Made by a program: the position numbers and the translations under genes. Of a stretch of DNA of 28,381 nt, positions 25,061 through 28,381 are shown in pieces (positions within the stretch are counted from its first letter, which is position 1; the number at the start of each line of letters is the position of its first letter). The DNA is from Armatimonadota bacterium (lineage in GTDB: Bacteria > Armatimonadota > Armatimonadia > Armatimonadales > Armatimonadaceae): positions 1 to 28,381 of the forward strand of contig JAYUUO010000222.1 in NCBI GenBank assembly GCA_043754515.1, written 5' to 3'. The notes under the pieces are model-generated. The model was not told where the DNA came from. It saw only the letters and a program-made list of their open reading frames with translations, and searched no databases.

Positions 25061-25381
25061 ATGAAAAAGTACTTGTTCCAACTCGAATTCGACAACCCGA
25101 TGCTCGATGAGTTGGGCTTCGACGGTCGGGGAGATTTGGAAGACGCTCTCAAAGAGTTCCTGCGCGAGAGCGAGATTATCGGAGGGGTAGTCGCCGCAGG
25201 CAGCGGGCGTGGCAGAACTGATCTGCAAATCGAGATTGACACTATCGATGTTCGAGCGACGGCTCGCCGCATCTGTGCGTTCTTGCAAGGTCTGGGGTTC
25301 GGAGCCGGGACCCGATTCGAGCAACGTCTACCTGAGCGAGAAGCGTATGACATCCCGACCGGCAATGCTCCCGCCATCTGA
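25061..25381 (+). CDS. hypothetical protein
   Basis: GGAG SD before ATG 25061; globular composition 'DLEDALKEFL..GSGRG..DLQIE'. Confidence 0.65.
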   Translation: MKKYLFQLEFDNPMLDELGFDGRGDLEDALKEFLRESEIIGGVVAAGSGRGRTDLQIEIDTIDVRATARRICAFLQGLGFGAGTRFEQRLPEREAYDIPTGNAPAI

Positions 25382-25429
25382 CCTGCGCCAGCGGATGATC
25401 GACAGGGCGCGTCCGGTTACGCTTGAAGG

Positions 25430-26287
25430 CTAGTCGAAGACGTACGTCTTGTTGCCGTTGACGAGGATGCGGTGCTCGCAGTGCCAGCGCACTGCCCGCG
25501 ATAGCACCGACTTTTCGACGTCGCGCCCCTTCTGCACCAGATCGTCGAGGCTGTCCCGGTGGGAAATGCGGAGCACGTCCTGCTCGATGATCGGCCCGTC
25601 GTCCAGCATTTCGGTGACGTAATGCCCGGTCGCGCCGATCAGTTTCACGCCGCGCTCGAACGCCCGGTGGTACGGCTTCGCGCCGATGAACGCGGGCAGG
25701 AACGAGTGGTGGATGTTGATGATGCGCTCCGGGTACCGCGCGACGAACTCCGGCGACAGTATCTGCATATAGCGAGCCAGCACGACGAGATCAACCCCGT
25801 GTTCCTCGATCACGGCGACCTGCCGCGCTTCCGCGCCCGCTTTATCGTCTTTGGGCACCGGGATATGCACGAACGGCACCCCGTGATAGTCGGCAAGCGG
25901 CTTCGTGTCGGCGTGGTTCCCGATCACGACCGCCATGTCGCACGGTATCTCCCCAGCTCGATGCCGGTACAGGAGATCCGCGAGGCAGTGGTCGTACTTC
26001 GACACAAACAGCGCGACGCGCAACCGCCGGTCGGTGAAATTGAGCCGGTAGCGCATCGCGAACGATTCGGCGATCGGGGCGAACGCGCTACGAAATCCGG
26101 CGTCGGTCGCGAGCGCGAACCCGCCCAGATCCCACTCGACCCGCATGAAAAACAAACCGTTCGCGCTGTCTTCGTGCTGATCGGCGTGGATGATGTTGCC
26201 GTTATGGCGGAACAGGAAGTCGGCGATGCCGGCGACGATTCCCTTGCGGTCGGGGCAGATGATGCGGATGATGGCGGTGTTTTTCAC
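25430..26287 (-). CDS. purU: formyltetrahydrofolate deformylase
   Basis: ACT domain CPDRKGIVA; VSKYDHCL, LARYMQIL, INIHHSFLPAF.GA.PY and GVKLIGAT. Confidence 0.97.
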   Translation of the reverse strand: MKNTAIIRIICPDRKGIVAGIADFLFRHNGNIIHADQHEDSANGLFFMRVEWDLGGFALATDAGFRSAFAPIAESFAMRYRLNFTDRRLRVALFVSKYDHCLADLLYRHRAGEIPCDMAVVIGNHADTKPLADYHGVPFVHIPVPKDDKAGAEARQVAVIEEHGVDLVVLARYMQILSPEFVARYPERIINIHHSFLPAFIGAKPYHRAFERGVKLIGATGHYVTEMLDDGPIIEQDVLRISHRDSLDDLVQKGRDVEKSVLSRAVRWHCEHRILVNGNKTYVFD

Positions 26288-26336
26288 GGTGGATGGGGCG
26301 CGGACACGCCGCCTGTCGGGACGGAATGCTTTCTTG

Positions 26337-26365
26337 TTGCGGGGTTCGTAGTCACATGGTACACT
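26337..26365 (+). promoter_or_regulatory. promoter of the tRNA gene
   Basis: TTGCGG-17 nt-TACACT with an extended -10 TGn. Confidence 0.55.
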
Positions 26366-26403
26366 TTGAATCGCCGTTCCGCTAGGATTCGGCGAGTAAC
26401 TCT

Positions 26404-26476
26404 GGCGCGTTCGTCTAGTGGTTAGGACATCTCCCTCTCACGGAGAAGGTCACGGGTTCGAATCCCGTACGCGCTA
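26404..26476 (+). tRNA. tRNA-Glu (anticodon CTC), no encoded CCA
   Basis: Acceptor GGCGCGT/ACGCGCT, anticodon arm TCTCC-CTCTCAC-GGAGA, T arm ACGGG-TTCGAAT-CCCGT. Confidence 0.96.
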
Positions 26477-27247
26477 CTTTATCTCAACAACAACGTGTTG
26501 AAAGAATATGTCGTGAAACGGCGCGATCGCGCCGAGGCTGACCGATTTTTCAACTATCCTTATGCCGCCATCGAAGAGTTACTGGTGAACGCGATTTATC
26601 ACCGTAGTTACGAGGAACGTGAGCCGATCGAAGTGCGTGTGTTGCCGGACAGCATCACGATCACCAGTTACCCCGGCCCGGACAGATCCGTCAAAATAGA
26701 GGATCTAGCCAGCGGAAGTGTCATCGCGCGTCGCTACCGCAACCGGCGCATCGGCGAGTTCCTCAAAGAGTTGCGTCTAACCGAGGGGCGGGGGACGGGT
26801 ATCCCGACCGCGATCCGCGCGATGAACGAGAACGGGTCGCCACGACCGGTCTTCGCGACCGACGAGGAGCGCACCTACTTCACTGTCACATTGCCTGTCC
26901 ACTCACATATTTTGCAACAGGAGATGCCCCCCCAAGTAACCCCCCAAGTAACCCCCCAAGGTCATGATCAAGTCAAGATTCAGGACGCGGGCAGTCGCGC
27001 CGATACTCGGCTTCGATTGATCCTTGAGTTCTGTGTAAGCCCGCGTGATCGCGTGAGCATCCAGGCGCGTGTCCATCTTAAAGATCCGAGGAACTTCCGC
27101 GACCGCTACCTCACCCCTTTACTGAATGAAAAACTACTCGCGATGACCGACCCGGACCATCCCAAGGTACCAACCCAAAAATACAGAACGACCGATAAAG
27201 GGAACGACTACCTTAAGCAGGACACAACAGCACTGTTGGGGATATAG
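26477..27247 (+). pseudogene. 5'-truncated ATP-binding protein (RecG C-terminal/HATPase_c_4-like plus C-terminal wHTH)
   Basis: YP..AIEELLVNAIYHRSY, YRNRRI, L.LTEGRGTG and a C-terminal FR..YL.PL...MT.PD.P..P.QKY. The usual N-terminal half is missing, and there is no SD or promoter space after the tRNA. Confidence 0.75.
26928..26960 (+). repeat. 12-bp in-frame tandem repeat (PQVT)x~2.8
   Basis: CCCCCCAAGTAA x2 plus CCCCCCAAG. Confidence 0.9.
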
Positions 27248-27297
27248 AGAACGGTTCGAGTGCGCTTCCCAGTTCGGGCGTGATCCGTCCGTGATCC

Positions 27298-27969
27298 TCA
27301 CGGACGAAGGTCTGCGGTCGCCGGGCCGCGCCGCGCGACAACGGCGTACAGCGGGTCGCCGACTGTCCGGCCCCGCGCATCCAACCGGCTGCGGTCCAGT
27401 TGCTCAATGTTCGCCCAGCCGCCCGCCGTTTCCAGCAGATGCGCTACGAATCGCACCCGCCCGCTCTCGTCCAGCCGATGCCACGCCGCGACCGCTTTCG
27501 TCGGGAAGCAACGGTTGGAGAACGTGATCACGAACGGTGCTCCCGGCTTCAGCACCCGCGCCGTCTCCTGAAGAACCGCGACCGGGTCGGTCAAGTAGTC
27601 AATCGAGACACAGAGTCCGGCACCGTCGAATCGTTCGTCCGCGTACGGGAGCGACGGGTTCGTGTTCAGGTTTTGCACCGTGTATTCGGTCAGGCGCGGG
27701 TTCGCCGCCAGCTCCTCGCGGTTCATGCCGAGACCCGCCAACTCGCGGTACGAAACGTTGCCGGGCAGGTGGCTGATCCAGCTACTCATCAGGTCCAGAA
27801 TCGCGCCGTCCGCGGGAAAGTACTCGCGGTACAACTGCGTGACCCCCGCGATCGCGCCGTCGTCAATGTGCGCCACGAAGCGCGGCGCGCGGTAGAACAC
27901 CTCGTCCGGCGATTCGTCATGGCGGCGGAACGCGTCAGGGGGTAGATTGAAGGTTGCGGGTTGGGACAT
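27298..27969 (-). CDS. class I SAM-dependent methyltransferase
   Basis: DESPDE.FY..PRFVAHID, LDLMSSW.SH, SIDYLT.P and FSNRCFPTKA. Confidence 0.92.
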   Translation of the reverse strand: MSQPATFNLPPDAFRRHDESPDEVFYRAPRFVAHIDDGAIAGVTQLYREYFPADGAILDLMSSWISHLPGNVSYRELAGLGMNREELAANPRLTEYTVQNLNTNPSLPYADERFDGAGLCVSIDYLTDPVAVLQETARVLKPGAPFVITFSNRCFPTKAVAAWHRLDESGRVRFVAHLLETAGGWANIEQLDRSRLDARGRTVGDPLYAVVARRGPATADLRP

Positions 27970-28038
27970 GATTGTTCTATTGGTACCCGAAAAACCCGCG
28001 ATTCGGAACGAGGCGTTCCGCGACGGAAAGAAGAGACG

Positions 28039-28381
28039 ATGAGTATTTACAGCCAGATCCAGGCCGATATGACAGCCGCGCTTAAGGCGCGTGACAGCGA
28101 GCGCCGCGCCGCGCTGTCCTTCCTATTTTCCGAACTCAAGGCGGTCGCGATTGACAAGCGCGTGCCTGAACTGCCCGACGCCGACTCGGTCACAATGCTC
28201 CAGAAGCAGCGCAAACTGCGCGACGAAACGCTGAAGTCGGCGGAGGACGGTGGGCGCGAAGACCTCGCTGTGAAAACACGCTACGAGATCGCGCTGATCG
28301 CGGAGTACCTGCCCGAGTCGCCGTCCGAAGCACAGGTCGAGGAGACAGTGCGAGCCGTGATCGCCGACCTCGGCGCGACCT
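28039..28381 (+). CDS. yqeY: GatB/YqeY domain protein (3' partial)
   Basis: MSIYSQIQADMTAALKARD...KQRKLRDET...GREDLA....EIALIAEYLP; runs off the window and is absent from the ORF track. Confidence 0.9.
   Translation, partial: MSIYSQIQADMTAALKARDSERRAALSFLFSELKAVAIDKRVPELPDADSVTMLQKQRKLRDETLKSAEDGGREDLAVKTRYEIALIAEYLPESPSEAQVEETVRAVIADLGAT

Noticed and set aside
27250..27270. attR copy of the tRNA-Glu 3' end (ACGGTTCGAGTGCGCT)
   Set aside because: The similarity to ACGGGTTCGAATCCCGTACGCGCT is short and gapped, so chance is plausible.
123..27945. Numerous long antisense or alternate-frame ORFs (e.g. 123-1037, 4116-5066, 16672-17523, 25559-26425)
   Set aside because: They are shadows of well-supported genes in high-GC DNA and have no independent motifs.

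Overview
GC-rich bacterial chromosomal segment. The gene styles suggest Armatimonadota, but that is inference only. It is probably origin-proximal, because it carries parA-parB with two parS sites flanking the parA promoter. Housekeeping and metabolic genes include rpiA, a GHL10 glycoside hydrolase, an ArsR regulator, a PhnP-like MBL hydrolase, ThuA, a J-like protein, a PfkB kinase, purU, tRNA-Glu(CTC), a SAM methyltransferase and YqeY. Four accessory patches interrupt them. (1) A ~1.5 kb largely non-coding stretch (1.05-2.6 kb) holds a ~540-nt densely base-paired orphan element, a candidate large ncRNA or RT-template relic. It abuts a start-less lipoprotein frame on one side and three 22-bp tandem repeats on the other. 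(2) A defence island has mcrC-mcrB in reversed order, and the McrB carries an extra N-terminal domain plus a winged-helix-like insert inside its GTPase. It converges on a 1681-aa DUF4011/UPF1-like helicase-Vsr-type nuclease with altered catalytic motifs. (3) A three-gene operon (DUF1573 protein, Cys-rich secreted peptide, membrane-anchored protein) has a frameshift in every gene. (4) A 5'-truncated ATP-binding/RecG-C-terminal-like gene is fused directly to the 3' end of tRNA-Glu.
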